DNA from: a virus
Length of the DNA: 64,000 nt
Virus record (IMG/VR): IMGVR_UViG_3300022745_000025
Coordinates: 7,012 to 71,011 of that record
Reading direction: 5' to 3' (one strand)
Both the position numbers and the translations under genes were made by a program. Below, piece by piece: positions 52,169 to 61,445 of the stretch (position 1 is its first letter; the number at the start of each line of letters is the position of its first letter). The notes beneath the pieces were generated by a model, which saw only the letters and a list, made by a program, of their open reading frames with translations, made no database searches and was not told the DNA's origin.

Positions 52169-54695
52169 GTATGGCCTCTCTTAATGTTTTGAGTCCCCCC
52201 GTCACCTTGACGATCGTGTCGTCCTTCTCAAGCAAGGCACGATGCATGCTTACCTGGATGGTTTTGTTTGCTACTGCGATCCGGCAGTTGACCTGCCGGG
52301 CCTGACCTTCTCGGTCCAACCGAGCATAGGCTTGTTCGAATTGTCGTGGAATAGTCGGGCACTCTAAAAAGAGCATCTCGTTGGAAACAGCCTGCAGGCC
52401 GTCCAACCCGACTCCCCCGGCATCCGGCTGGATCACCATCAGGCGACAGGTGGGGTCTTGGATGAACTTGTCGACAGCGGCGTACCGCTGCTTGTCTGTC
52501 AGGCCGCCAATGACGACGGCGGGGTTGTAATTGCTGAAGTACTGGGAGACGCCGGTGGTGGTCATTCGGTAGTTGGCCACGACCACCAGCTTCTCGTTCC
52601 CAATCTCATCCAGCACGGCATCGATCAGGTCAAAGCCAGCCGATACCTTACTGGGCTCGCCGGTGAAGTGTGCCCAGTTGTTGATGATCTGCTGGCACTT
52701 GTGATACAGGGCGCTGGCACTCAGGGCATCGATCACAGTGCCGTTGTCCATCTCCAACAGTTGCTGCTCGACCAGCGAGTTGTAGAGCTTGAGGTGCCCG
52801 GGCTCGAGGTCGTAGACGAGGGGGATGAAGTTGATGGGTTGCTCCCGGGTGGGTTCATAGAACTCCCACCCCTGCTTGAAGTTCTTCTGAAGCAGGTCGA
52901 GGTTGACCCACTCGGTGACCTTCTCGTAGTCGTCCCGCTCGCCCACATGGAGCTGCTCGAAGCGACGCTTGTTCCGATACGCCGTCGGGTTCGTGAACTT
53001 CATGTAGGTGTAGGCGTCCTCCGGCGTCGAGATGGGCGTCCCGGTGAGCAAGAGGACAGGGCGGTCGCTGAACATGCGCCAGACTGACCGGTAGTTGTCG
53101 GTCTGCATGTTCTTGATCTTGTGGGCCTCATCGGCGATCAAGCCCACTCGCTTGCCTTCGAAGTGGGACTCGATTCGGTTGAAGTCCCGCTTGAATATGT
53201 CGTACGACATCATGATGAACGTCGAGTCGAGACTCAGCTTGTACCGTTGGGTGGGGCTGCCGACGTAGAGGGTCTGGGTGACCGGCTGCCCGGTGCGCTT
53301 GTCGATGACCTTGGAGAGGAATCGGCTCCAGTTTCGCAGCACGATGGGGGGCATGATCACGATCCACTGGTTGGCGGTTCGGATCGAGCGGAGGTAGCAG
53401 GCGTGAAGCACAGCGGAGAAGGTCTTGCCGCAGTTCCCTGTTACGAAGATCCTTCCATTTCTCCTGAGGACTAAGTAGGTCGAGGGGACTGTAAAGCAGT
53501 ACATGAATCCGTCCGGACTTGACTCCTCCCAGACAATATCAGAAGCCCCTTTCTTAAGTGAACGCAGCCCGTGCCGCCCACCTCGGTCCGTACCAGATCT
53601 GTGGACCAAGTAACAGGCTCCTCCCCTGTACTTTTCGGGCCCCCTGCTGTCTGCCGACAGGCTGGTTGTTCTTCCTGTGACAGTCCACAAATACTGTACA
53701 AAGTCTGCTGACTGCTTTGAGGTGCTGCAGAAGCGTGGCCCTGCGGACGGCCTAGAGTCCTCTGACCCATCCCAAAGCATCACTTCAAGGGCAAGCACTT
53801 GACGTTGGTGCTCATCTGCGTCCCAGAACCTTGAGTCAAACTCCTTCAGTCGGAGTGGGGCTGTGAACGAAAACACGTGGTACCCGATCGCCGTGCCGGC
53901 CGTTACTACCCTTTCCTTGTACGGGACGGCAGCGTCGTCCAAGAGTACCCGGAGTCGCTCGATCTTCCTCTCTCGCTTTAAACGTACAACCACGGTTCGT
54001 GAGTTCGACCCTCGGTGGCTCCCTTGGAAGTGTCCGTCAGCGATCACAGCCACTTGCAGCCGCAAGTCAGCGTCAGACATGGCGATACCACTCCGATGAG
54101 GGGCCTTGAAGACCGTGGGGATAGCGAAGGTCTTAACGTTTACCGTACCGACCTTACCCCCCGTTCGTGATGCGGCCAGCACCGCCTCGGCGGTCGCCTC
54201 ACGAATCGTCTCTTTCTTGCAGTTTTCGTACCTACCTGCGGTCTGAAGCATCCCTACCACGCGATGCTCAGGTGACAGGAGCTGGTCAAGTCCGTACTTG
54301 GTCTTGATGCGGATCATGCGGTCGCATGGGTGCTTGATGTACGCCCTCGGTGCGACAAATTCCGCATCCCCTGATGGGGTCCACTGTGCAACTAGATCAC
54401 CCTCAACGTACTGATCGATCCGCTTCCACCCTGTTGGGGTCAGAAATTCGGTCGTGGCGTCAACACATCCCGGTTTGAAGCCGTAGCCGAGGCGGGAGTC
54501 CTTGCCGTGGGCCTCAAGGACAGCCGCCTGAAACGGCTTTGGCGGAAAGGGGAATTGGTAGTTCTCCTGAAGCAGGTCCCAGTGACCCATGGTCAGGAGG
54601 CGTTGAGGGGCGTAAACGGAAGCGGGGGAGGGTTTTGACTCCAGGGCCTCGATGTCATCTCGGAGGGCCTGAATATCTGATTCGAGCGTTGTCAT
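52158..54695 (-). CDS. SNF2-like SF2 helicase containing an intein
   Basis: Spliced Walker A KPG|CGKT, IADEAHKIKN, LLTGTP, QAYARLDREGQ. Confidence 0.85.
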   Translation of the reverse strand: MTTLESDIQALRDDIEALESKPSPASVYAPQRLLTMGHWDLLQENYQFPFPPKPFQAAVLEAHGKDSRLGYGFKPGCVDATTEFLTPTGWKRIDQYVEGDLVAQWTPSGDAEFVAPRAYIKHPCDRMIRIKTKYGLDQLLSPEHRVVGMLQTAGRYENCKKETIREATAEAVLAASRTGGKVGTVNVKTFAIPTVFKAPHRSGIAMSDADLRLQVAVIADGHFQGSHRGSNSRTVVVRLKRERKIERLRVLLDDAAVPYKERVVTAGTAIGYHVFSFTAPLRLKEFDSRFWDADEHQRQVLALEVMLWDGSEDSRPSAGPRFCSTSKQSADFVQYLWTVTGRTTSLSADSRGPEKYRGGACYLVHRSGTDRGGRHGLRSLKKGASDIVWEESSPDGFMYCFTVPSTYLVLRRNGRIFVTGNCGKTFSAVLHACYLRSIRTANQWIVIMPPIVLRNWSRFLSKVIDKRTGQPVTQTLYVGSPTQRYKLSLDSTFIMMSYDIFKRDFNRIESHFEGKRVGLIADEAHKIKNMQTDNYRSVWRMFSDRPVLLLTGTPISTPEDAYTYMKFTNPTAYRNKRRFEQLHVGERDDYEKVTEWVNLDLLQKNFKQGWEFYEPTREQPINFIPLVYDLEPGHLKLYNSLVEQQLLEMDNGTVIDALSASALYHKCQQIINNWAHFTGEPSKVSAGFDLIDAVLDEIGNEKLVVVANYRMTTTGVSQYFSNYNPAVVIGGLTDKQRYAAVDKFIQDPTCRLMVIQPDAGGVGLDGLQAVSNEMLFLECPTIPRQFEQAYARLDREGQARQVNCRIAVANKTIQVSMHRALLEKDDTIVKVTGGLKTLREAIHGE
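53433..54467 (-). mobile_element. Intein (345 aa) with LAGLIDADG-type endonuclease
   Basis: Starts CVDATTEFLTPTGW; SPEH block B; AVIADGH and MLWDGS; ends YCFTVPSTYLVLRRNGRIFVTGN before Cys+1. Confidence 0.92.
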
Positions 54696-54734
54696 GGTTC
54701 ACTTCTAAAAAGAGGCCCAAACTGGGCTGGGGAG

Positions 54735-55205
54735 TCACATGAACTTGGCGAGTACGTCCTTGGCTGCGCTGACATCGGTGATGACATCGTTGCCGAACAT
54801 GACGTCGTCGGGGGAGACGCGGCAATGGCCAAGGCGGCGGTGAGCCCGCTCAACCCAGTCTGGCATGAGCTCGGTCAGGGGCAGCTTGTCGATGACGGGG
54901 CTGTTGGATGCCCAGTTCAGGAATTCCCGTGGAGAGCGGCGCAGCAGGTCGGCAACAGTGCGCCCTGTGCTGTTGAATGGGTTCAGGAATTCGCCGGTGG
55001 TCAGGCTGCTCGCGGTCGTCTTCCACGCCGCAGCGCCCAGTGTCTTGTTGGGCCCTGCAAAGGCGGAGTAGTCATCAGGTGCTGCCAGAAGGAACAGCAG
55101 GTTGAGTGTCTCCTGACGGTTGACGGTGAGCGCAGTCGTCACCTTGCCGAGGAACTTGTCGTCGTCTGAGGGGTTGTATCGGTAGACGTTCATGGTAGGG
55201 GTCAA
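54735..55205 (-). CDS. Hypothetical protein
   Basis: Coupled early ORF. Confidence 0.55.
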   Translation of the reverse strand: MTPTMNVYRYNPSDDDKFLGKVTTALTVNRQETLNLLFLLAAPDDYSAFAGPNKTLGAAAWKTTASSLTTGEFLNPFNSTGRTVADLLRRSPREFLNWASNSPVIDKLPLTELMPDWVERAHRRLGHCRVSPDDVMFGNDVITDVSAAKDVLAKFM

Positions 55206-55525
55206 TTCATCTCTCCTTGGACAGTGAGCGTAAGATGTTCGATGAAGTCGTCGAGGTCAAGGTCCTCGTAGGGCCTGATCAGGCCGCCGGTACTCTCTGC
55301 ATAATCGCAGGCTTCACCGGCGAGGTTGTGCGCGGCCTCAACCGCCGACGCTTTCGGGGCTTGGAATTGGCGCCACATCTGCGGCGGGTTGCTCGCCACC
55401 TGTGTGGTGGCGAAAAGGGTGACAAGGTTGCCCTCTACCTTGTACCCGAGCCGGATGACAAGGTTGCCTGCGGCTAGGGTAAACCCGTAGGTGGGCTTGC
55501 TTTCATGGCTGAGCAAATGGTTCAA
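55202..55525 (-). CDS. Hypothetical protein
   Basis: Coupled early ORF; start uncertain. Confidence 0.5.
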   Translation of the reverse strand: MNHLLSHESKPTYGFTLAAGNLVIRLGYKVEGNLVTLFATTQVASNPPQMWRQFQAPKASAVEAAHNLAGEACDYAESTGGLIRPYEDLDLDDFIEHLTLTVQGEMN

Positions 55526-55802
55526 TCTTTCCTCCGGGTAGGCATCGGTATCGTCGGGTGTGACGGCCCGGGCTTGACAGGCGGGGTGTAGCCTGTATGC
55601 CGAAGTAGCGATGAGCGTGTGGGAGCTTACTCATCTGTTCCTGCGGAACGCCGTGGGCGACCAGCACTGTGCCACGCCCTCCGTTTTTTCGCAGGAACTC
55701 GAAATCCACGATCAACTGATCAGCGGTCACCTGGTCTCGTGTGTAGGTGTTGGTCACGATCCAGGTGTTGTTTTTGGTGTCGAAATCAATCTGCATGGTC
55801 AT
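55503..55802 (-). CDS. Hypothetical protein
   Basis: Preceded by a variant leader motif. Confidence 0.5.
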   Translation of the reverse strand: MTMQIDFDTKNNTWIVTNTYTRDQVTADQLIVDFEFLRKNGGRGTVLVAHGVPQEQMSKLPHAHRYFGIQATPRLSSPGRHTRRYRCLPGGKIEPFAQP

Positions 55803-55845
55803 AGGTGTAGTTCACATCTAAAGCGCCAATCTGGCGGGCGGGGAG

Positions 55846-56055
55846 TCAGCCCCAGTACTTGTCGTCCCACTCACTGATCGATCTGTAGAGGTCGACAGCG
55901 GCAGCGGCGAACATTCCGAAAAGAAACATCGGGATTCCGATCAACAAGGCGAGGCCGAGTTGCAGTGGTGCCCTGAGCAGGATGCAAAACAGCTCCAGTG
56001 GAGCCATGGTCCCGCGCCAGAAGCCAACCCAGAATGGGTGAGGGCGCCGGCTCAC
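55846..56055 (-). CDS. Small membrane protein
   Basis: Single long hydrophobic stretch. Confidence 0.5.
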   Translation of the reverse strand: MSRRPHPFWVGFWRGTMAPLELFCILLRAPLQLGLALLIGIPMFLFGMFAAAAVDLYRSISEWDDKYWG

Positions 56056-56234
56056 GCAGCTTCCTTCAGGTACTCCGTCAGGCGAGCAATGCGGTTCTGG
56101 TGATACTCCTTCATGGCCCGGGCATACTCCTCGGCGCTCTGGGCCTCCAGCAAGCGGCGCTGAGACTCCTCGAGCTCCCTCTGGGCGATGGCGTGGGCCT
56201 TGGGTTCTTTGAAAAGCTGGATCAACTTGGTCAT
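56052..56234 (-). CDS. Small coiled-coil hypothetical protein
   Basis: TTTTTTAGGAGTGAACC leader; MTKLIQLFKEP...AQRELEE...EEYA. Confidence 0.6.
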   Translation of the reverse strand: MTKLIQLFKEPKAHAIAQRELEESQRRLLEAQSAEEYARAMKEYHQNRIARLTEYLKEAA

Positions 56235-56253
56235 GTGGTTCACTCCTAAAAAA

Positions 56254-56541
56254 TCAGACTTCAACAGTCTTTTGGGTTTCGGTTTTGGTCGAGAGCTTAG
56301 GTGGTTCGATCTTTCGAAGCCACGGGGTTGGGAAGTCAGCCCAGCCGACGACAACGTAGTTGCCGGCGTCACCCAGCTGGACAATGCCCTCGCCGGAGCA
56401 GCGCCAGACGCGCCCCCACTGGCTGTGCTCACCCTGCATGGTCACTGCGATGACGCGCTTGCCGATGTTGGGGGACTTGCCGCGGCCGAGGCCGCCGATC
56501 ACCTCACACAGGTCGTTCGCTTTGATTGGCTCGCTCATCAT
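56254..56541 (-). CDS. Hypothetical protein
   Basis: Coupled ORF. Confidence 0.55.
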   Translation of the reverse strand: MMSEPIKANDLCEVIGGLGRGKSPNIGKRVIAVTMQGEHSQWGRVWRCSGEGIVQLGDAGNYVVVGWADFPTPWLRKIEPPKLSTKTETQKTVEV

Positions 56542-57923
56542 TCATCCCTTCCGAGAAACTGTTTCCGCACTGCTGCCTCGACGGCTCGCTCCCAACTCCA
56601 TGATTCGTCATAACCTGCACCCTCTTCCCATGCTCTGTAAATATCAGTCAACTGCTCATCATCCAACCGTGTCGGCGGTGTTTGCATTCCAACGATTTCT
56701 CGCACGCGCTGGGCCGAGTACCCATCTAAGGCATCGCCACGGCTGTCGAAAAACACAATGTCACCTTTGGGTAAGTCGCCAGTGAATTGCGGCGGTGTTT
56801 GTGCTGGGTAGCCAAACTCGCCAAGCAGTGAACCGAGCTTCTGGTCGATGCAAGTCAGGCATACATATCCGCCCATCGCATCAATCCGTAGTGGTGTGTG
56901 CTTGTGTTCGCCGCAGCCTGCGCACTTTGTGGCCTGAGTGCTGGAGTAAGTTGGCGGTGTTTGTGCTGTCCCTTGCGCCTCAATCTTTCCAAGGCGCTCC
57001 AACGTGTATCCACGCTGCGTCTTGACCAACGTCAGCCCAGCGTTGGCAATTGCTGCCAGAATACCGATCAACATTTCTGAGTCTGGGTTGTTCGGTGTTT
57101 GTGCTGGGGGTGTGACGGTGTAAACAGTTGCCTTGTCATGCTCTGCTTTGCATTCATCAGAGTGATGCGGCATGGCTTTTGATGCGCGGCAGTTTGAGCC
57201 TTTGCATACTTCTTTGAACTGATCCATCGAGTGACGATGCTGTCTTTCTCTGGCGTCAAACAATGTATTGCTGTCAACAATGGCTTGCAAGGCGGCTACC
57301 TTGTCAGGCTCCCCCGGCTTCGCATCAGGTTGTGCTGGGGGTGCGGCCTGAGCCTTTACTTCACCAAGATTCATAATCCTGTATCCGCTTGCTGTCTGCG
57401 CCAGTGCCAGACCAGCGTTACGAATGGCAGCAAGAACACCCTTTGGCACCTCTGGCTCAACAGGTGTTTGCGCTGGGGGTGCTGTGAACACTGGTTGCCA
57501 CACGGCATTGTCAAAAGGACGCTCAGCCCCGATGCTGAACAGGCTGGTGTGCGGGACAACCCATGCGTATGGTCTCCACTGCAACAAAGGCTCCACCGGC
57601 TTCACATCAGGTTGTGCTGGAGGTGCGGCGTAGAGTCGTCTCACCTCATACTCCCACTGCGGGTCTTGTGCCTTTTCATAGTCGGCTGCTGCCTCTTTTG
57701 AGCACGGCTCCCAAAATCCCCATCCGTTGTTTTCGCAGTGGTGATTTGTACGAATGCGAGTCCTGCTCTCGTAATAAACAGGCTCCCCCGACTTCAGCGC
57801 AGCCTCAAGTGCTGACTGCAGTGTTTCGTGACGCAGTTCAATTTCGCCCACGGTCATGCGCTGGTGTGCTGCTTCTGCGTAGTTTTCAGCCAACTCCATC
57901 AATTCGTCGATTTGTTTGGTCAT
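56538..57923 (-). CDS. Modular mosaic protein with PPAQ(T/P) linkers
   Basis: Seven Pro-rich linkers separating short domains; Ead/Nin-region style. Confidence 0.65.
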   Translation of the reverse strand: MTKQIDELMELAENYAEAAHQRMTVGEIELRHETLQSALEAALKSGEPVYYESRTRIRTNHHCENNGWGFWEPCSKEAAADYEKAQDPQWEYEVRRLYAAPPAQPDVKPVEPLLQWRPYAWVVPHTSLFSIGAERPFDNAVWQPVFTAPPAQTPVEPEVPKGVLAAIRNAGLALAQTASGYRIMNLGEVKAQAAPPAQPDAKPGEPDKVAALQAIVDSNTLFDARERQHRHSMDQFKEVCKGSNCRASKAMPHHSDECKAEHDKATVYTVTPPAQTPNNPDSEMLIGILAAIANAGLTLVKTQRGYTLERLGKIEAQGTAQTPPTYSSTQATKCAGCGEHKHTPLRIDAMGGYVCLTCIDQKLGSLLGEFGYPAQTPPQFTGDLPKGDIVFFDSRGDALDGYSAQRVREIVGMQTPPTRLDDEQLTDIYRAWEEGAGYDESWSWERAVEAAVRKQFLGRDE

Positions 57924-57926
57924 GAT

Positions 57927-58178
57927 TTATCTCCAACTGGAAACTGAACAACCTTCCCCGGTTGCTTTCGGTTCTGGCTCGGCAAGTCCAGTTTCAACAA
58001 GCCACGTGGCGTATTTAGCTGGCGGCGACTCGTCGTGAATTGAATCCATGTGCGCCATCCGGTCTGACTTGTATTCAGGAGAATCAACGTCTGCAATCAG
58101 GTCAGTTCGTTTTGCCCAGCAGGCGCATTCGATCCAGCCCAGCATGTAGGCTTTGTTGAGTAGTTCTTCTTGGGTCAT
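57927..58178 (-). CDS. Hypothetical protein
   Basis: Coupled small ORF. Confidence 0.5.
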   Translation of the reverse strand: MTQEELLNKAYMLGWIECACWAKRTDLIADVDSPEYKSDRMAHMDSIHDESPPAKYATWLVETGLAEPEPKATGEGCSVSSWR

Positions 58179-58429
58179 TTCATGGCCCTGATTCTTGATG
58201 CAAGCACGGAAGCTGCCCACTGTTCATCGTTCTGAGCAAGGCACTCCTTTTCTGGTTTTGCAGCAGCATCGCACTTCACAGCCGCTTCCTCAAGGGTTGC
58301 GTTGCGGATTAGGGCGGCGAAGGCTTGTAGTTCTTCTGGCTTTGCCACGTACAGCGGTTGCCGCTGGTTTGCTCCGTCGAGGTAGATACCTGCCTCACTT
58401 GCCCACTTGGTTATCTGTTCTGGCGTCAT
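58175..58429 (-). CDS. Hypothetical protein
   Basis: EEAAVKCD...LASRIRAM ending common in small phage ORFs. Confidence 0.55.
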   Translation of the reverse strand: MTPEQITKWASEAGIYLDGANQRQPLYVAKPEELQAFAALIRNATLEEAAVKCDAAAKPEKECLAQNDEQWAASVLASRIRAMK

Positions 58430-58477
58430 ATGTTTTGCCTCTCGTAAAAAGATTGCATCCCAGAAAGCCCTCTGGTA

Positions 58478-58741
58478 TCAGGCTTTGGAGTGATCAGCAT
58501 CCCTGCGTAGCTCTGCGTTCTCACGCTCAAGCTGCTCGATGCGCCGCTTCAACACATCAGCCCGGTGCATTCCAAGCTCTTGCCAATCGCTTGACTTCTG
58601 CACCCACTCGGTCTTGTCGAGCCACTCGGCTATCGCTTTTTCAAGCATCTCGATGTGGTCAGCAACCTCATTCAGCGTCACGGATTTACTAAGCGCTGAA
58701 CCGCCCGCCCATACACGCAGTCGTTGTACTAAGTCGGTCAT
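58478..58741 (-). CDS. Hypothetical protein
   Basis: MTDLVQRLR...ADHIEMLE pattern. Confidence 0.55.
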   Translation of the reverse strand: MTDLVQRLRVWAGGSALSKSVTLNEVADHIEMLEKAIAEWLDKTEWVQKSSDWQELGMHRADVLKRRIEQLERENAELRRDADHSKA

Positions 58742-58742
58742 T

Positions 58743-59066
58743 TCAAAACTCCAGATAAAAGACTTTGAACTGACAGCCTTCTCCGGCACCTGTTGCCAGT
58801 TCTGCGGCGCGTTTCATTGCAAGCTCTTTTGTTTCGAATAGGAAAGTCGGAGTGATTTGCCCGTACATGACATTCCCCGGATAGCAGGCATTCCAATACA
58901 TGCCCATCTTCTGGCACAGAAGCCAGCCTTTTGGTTGCACTGGGGCTGCTGCAATTTCAGCCGATCTGCTGACTGTTCCCTCTGTTACCTCTGCTGTCAT
59001 GCCAGTCCCCATCCAATTAGAAATACACCAACCAGCAGGGCAGCCATGATTGCTGCTCCTGCCCAT
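58743..59066 (-). CDS. Hypothetical protein
   Basis: ORF fills gap; start uncertain. Confidence 0.4.
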   Translation of the reverse strand: MGRSSNHGCPAGWCISNWMGTGMTAEVTEGTVSRSAEIAAAPVQPKGWLLCQKMGMYWNACYPGNVMYGQITPTFLFETKELAMKRAAELATGAGEGCQFKVFYLEF

Positions 59067-59103
59067 GCCATGCGTTTCAATGAGCGTTCTAATTCGTTGG
59101 GGT

Positions 59104-59334
59104 CTAGCATTCCTGAAACCCCTCCGTTGCTGCGAGTGCGTTTAGCACCATGCGGTCACAATCTTCCAAAGGGTTGCCGTGGTAGTCGTACTCGATGCGA
59201 GCATTCTCAAGCGCCTCCCGCAGTGTCTTAATCGCTGCGTCCTGCTTACGTAGCATTGCTGCTGCTTGCTCTTGCTCTGATTCACTCAGGCTTGATTCCT
59301 GCTCAAGCATTTCGGCCAATTCAATTGCGGTCAT
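59104..59334 (-). CDS. Hypothetical protein
   Basis: MTAIELAEMLE...AAAMLRKQ pattern. Confidence 0.55.
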   Translation of the reverse strand: MTAIELAEMLEQESSLSESEQEQAAAMLRKQDAAIKTLREALENARIEYDYHGNPLEDCDRMVLNALAATEGFQEC

Positions 59335-59513
59335 TTCAGATCCACCTTTCCGACTGAGTAGTGCAAGTAGGTATTCGGGTGGCTCATCTTTTCCTTGGCC
59401 CAAGCTGCCGCTTCTTTGCGAGTTTCAAATGTCTTGACGATTTCAAATGCAGCGAGAAAGTCATAGGTGGCGTATGGATGCCGTGGGTGTTTTCGTGCAA
59501 TCCAGATGGTCAT
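59331..59513 (-). CDS. Hypothetical protein
   Basis: Coupled small ORF. Confidence 0.5.
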   Translation of the reverse strand: MTIWIARKHPRHPYATYDFLAAFEIVKTFETRKEAAAWAKEKMSHPNTYLHYSVGKVDLK

Positions 59514-59977
59514 TGCGTCACCTTTGGAATAAATCCAATTTCAATCAGGCCAGCAACGACATTTGCAATTGCTGGGAGCGTCGGGCATTTGCCTTCTTCG
59601 GCTGGTGCGTAATTGCTGAACTCTGGAAACCTGTCAATGAATTGCTTACGGGTCGAGCAGGCTTCAACTGCTGCTTTCAGTTGTGTGATTGCGCTTTGGC
59701 GCTTTGCCCATTCAGACTTAAATGGTGCCAATACTTCCTTCACGTTTGCGTCCCCAGTTGGAAGGATTGAAAGCGAATACTGGTTAAGACCACAGTAGTG
59801 AATACGTTCTGTCCTAATGGAGTGCGGTGCCTTCCGATAAGCGGCCCTACATTCCTTGCTCATAGCCTTGTAGAGCGCATCCTTGATTTTCTTTGAGACT
59901 CCTTCTTCATCCCATTTTGGGAGGTCGTGTTCGATAGCACGGACAATGGCTTGTTTGTGGTACTGATTCAGTTTCAT
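59510..59977 (-). CDS. Nmad5-like protein (putative)
   Basis: MKLN..HKQAIV start and STRKQFIDRFPEF...P ending resemble Nmad5; recalled, not searched. Confidence 0.4.
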   Translation of the reverse strand: MKLNQYHKQAIVRAIEHDLPKWDEEGVSKKIKDALYKAMSKECRAAYRKAPHSIRTERIHYCGLNQYSLSILPTGDANVKEVLAPFKSEWAKRQSAITQLKAAVEACSTRKQFIDRFPEFSNYAPAEEGKCPTLPAIANVVAGLIEIGFIPKVTQ

Positions 59978-60183
59978 TTCAACTCTCCATAATCAACATC
60001 AATAAATTCAGGGCAGTGGCCCATTACAGGCTCACGTCCACTCAGCCAAGGCTGCCAGTGATCAGACACCTGATGCCTGAATGCCCGGCGGGCGCAGTTG
60101 TTGCAAGGAATGACTGCCGTACCATCCACTTCTTTGCCTGAGCAACGGGCTACGTCATGGGGCAGGTAGGTGAGGCGGGTCAT
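59974..60183 (-). CDS. Small Cys-containing protein
   Basis: LPHDVARC...CNNCARR...CPEFI. Confidence 0.55.
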   Translation of the reverse strand: MTRLTYLPHDVARCSGKEVDGTAVIPCNNCARRAFRHQVSDHWQPWLSGREPVMGHCPEFIDVDYGELK

Positions 60184-60611
60184 GCTCCCTCCACCTTCTT
60201 GATCATTGCGTCAGCGGCGTCGTGGCCCTTTTGCCTTGCGCCGTATGCAAGCTCTCGTCTGGCATCTTTCAGAGCCTTCAGAAGCTCGTCGTTCAGGCTG
60301 GTTAGTTTTGCCACCTCATGTCCAAGCTCTTGGAAATGGTCAGCGGCAGATTTGCCGACCTCTGTCAGCACCTCCATTGCGCCCGTGTCGAGTTCGATGC
60401 AGTAGTTCCAGCAGGCCACCAAGCGGCGGGCGTTTGGGATTGGGTCTGGCTCTGCGAACAGGTTTGGAGTGTGCGTGACGGAAAGCGCAACCATAGGCCC
60501 GCCATCGACTGCAACCCCAACTACGCAGGTTGAGCCGTAGCCGTCGTATTCGGCGCTCCAGCTACCAATGTCATTGACGACTTCCAGTCGTCCTTGTGTG
60601 TGCTGTGTCAT
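60180..60611 (-). CDS. Hypothetical protein
   Basis: HTQGRL...NARRLVACWN pattern. Confidence 0.55.
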   Translation of the reverse strand: MTQHTQGRLEVVNDIGSWSAEYDGYGSTCVVGVAVDGGPMVALSVTHTPNLFAEPDPIPNARRLVACWNYCIELDTGAMEVLTEVGKSAADHFQELGHEVAKLTSLNDELLKALKDARRELAYGARQKGHDAADAMIKKVEGA

Positions 60612-60838
60612 CCATTCACTCCTTCAATCACCCTCAGCGGGGCAATGAACTGGGGGTCGTTGGCCGCTTTCTTGCGGCGTTTGCGGAACTCCATGGCGAC
60701 CTTGAATCGCCAATCCCTGTCTTCCATGTAGCGGTCGTGCAGGGAGTCGTAATCGATCGAGTTGGGCCCGATTTCCTCGGCCACTCTGATCGAGGTGGCG
60801 TCATGCAGAAAGGCTTCGAACATGCTGATCGGCGGCAT
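60608..60838 (-). CDS. Hypothetical protein
   Basis: Coupled ORF. Confidence 0.5.
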   Translation of the reverse strand: MPPISMFEAFLHDATSIRVAEEIGPNSIDYDSLHDRYMEDRDWRFKVAMEFRKRRKKAANDPQFIAPLRVIEGVNG

Positions 60839-61300
60839 TTACTTCCTCCAATATGTCTGCGTACGTGGCCATGTGGCCACCTCGAACCAGGTTTCGGATC
60901 TTTTGGCGATCTGGAGGTACTGGCCGTAGTGGATGGACTGGCGCTGCAGGTCGTGGTACTCCTGTAGCTCCCTCAAAGCGAATACCTCGGACTGAGGTAT
61001 GCGCCAAACGTTGTTGTCGGCGAACTCTTTGCGCACCTTGGCGAGCACCACCTGGGCCTCGGCGGCCACTGGTATGACTTCGTGCCCGATGCCCATGCGG
61101 GCCATCATCTCGGCCATGTTGGTGATGTCCACCATGAGCACCCACTCGTCGTTGCCGAACTCGCCCCGGGCCATGTTGCCAATGGCCTTGAGCTCGGCGT
61201 TCTTGTACTCGGCGTTGCGTTTGGGGCTGATGACGGAGGCGTTCTCAATGGCCATCAGCACTGGGTTTTTGACTGAGGTGTACTTTCTGCGCTTTTTCAT
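60839..61300 (-). CDS. Hypothetical protein
   Basis: 153 aa coupled ORF. Confidence 0.55.
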   Translation of the reverse strand: MKKRRKYTSVKNPVLMAIENASVISPKRNAEYKNAELKAIGNMARGEFGNDEWVLMVDITNMAEMMARMGIGHEVIPVAAEAQVVLAKVRKEFADNNVWRIPQSEVFALRELQEYHDLQRQSIHYGQYLQIAKRSETWFEVATWPRTQTYWRK

Positions 61301-61445
61301 GCTTGGCTTTCTTGATCTGATCGTCGAGCACCATCAGGACGAGGCTGATGGCTTGGTCCGTCTGCCTGACCAGCCGGTCAAAGGAGGCCAGAAGGCGCTC
61401 CTGCTTGGCTTTGGGGTGTAGGCGGGTAGGTCGTTGTCGCTTCAT
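61245..61445 (-). CDS. Hypothetical protein
   Basis: ATG overlapping previous stop; overlaps the next gene by 56 bp. Confidence 0.4.
   Translation of the reverse strand: MKRQRPTRLHPKAKQERLLASFDRLVRQTDQAISLVLMVLDDQIKKAKHEKAQKVHLSQKPSADGH

Noticed and set aside
54855-54863. Extra CCAGTCTGG match as a seventh late promoter
   Set aside because: No GGGGGATTG element 17 bp upstream, and it lies antisense within an early gene.
58429-58480. Stop-codon readthrough or recoded genetic code (TGA in frame with the next gene)
   Set aside because: Single instance; the next gene has its own ATG and RBS; all long genes are intact under the standard code.
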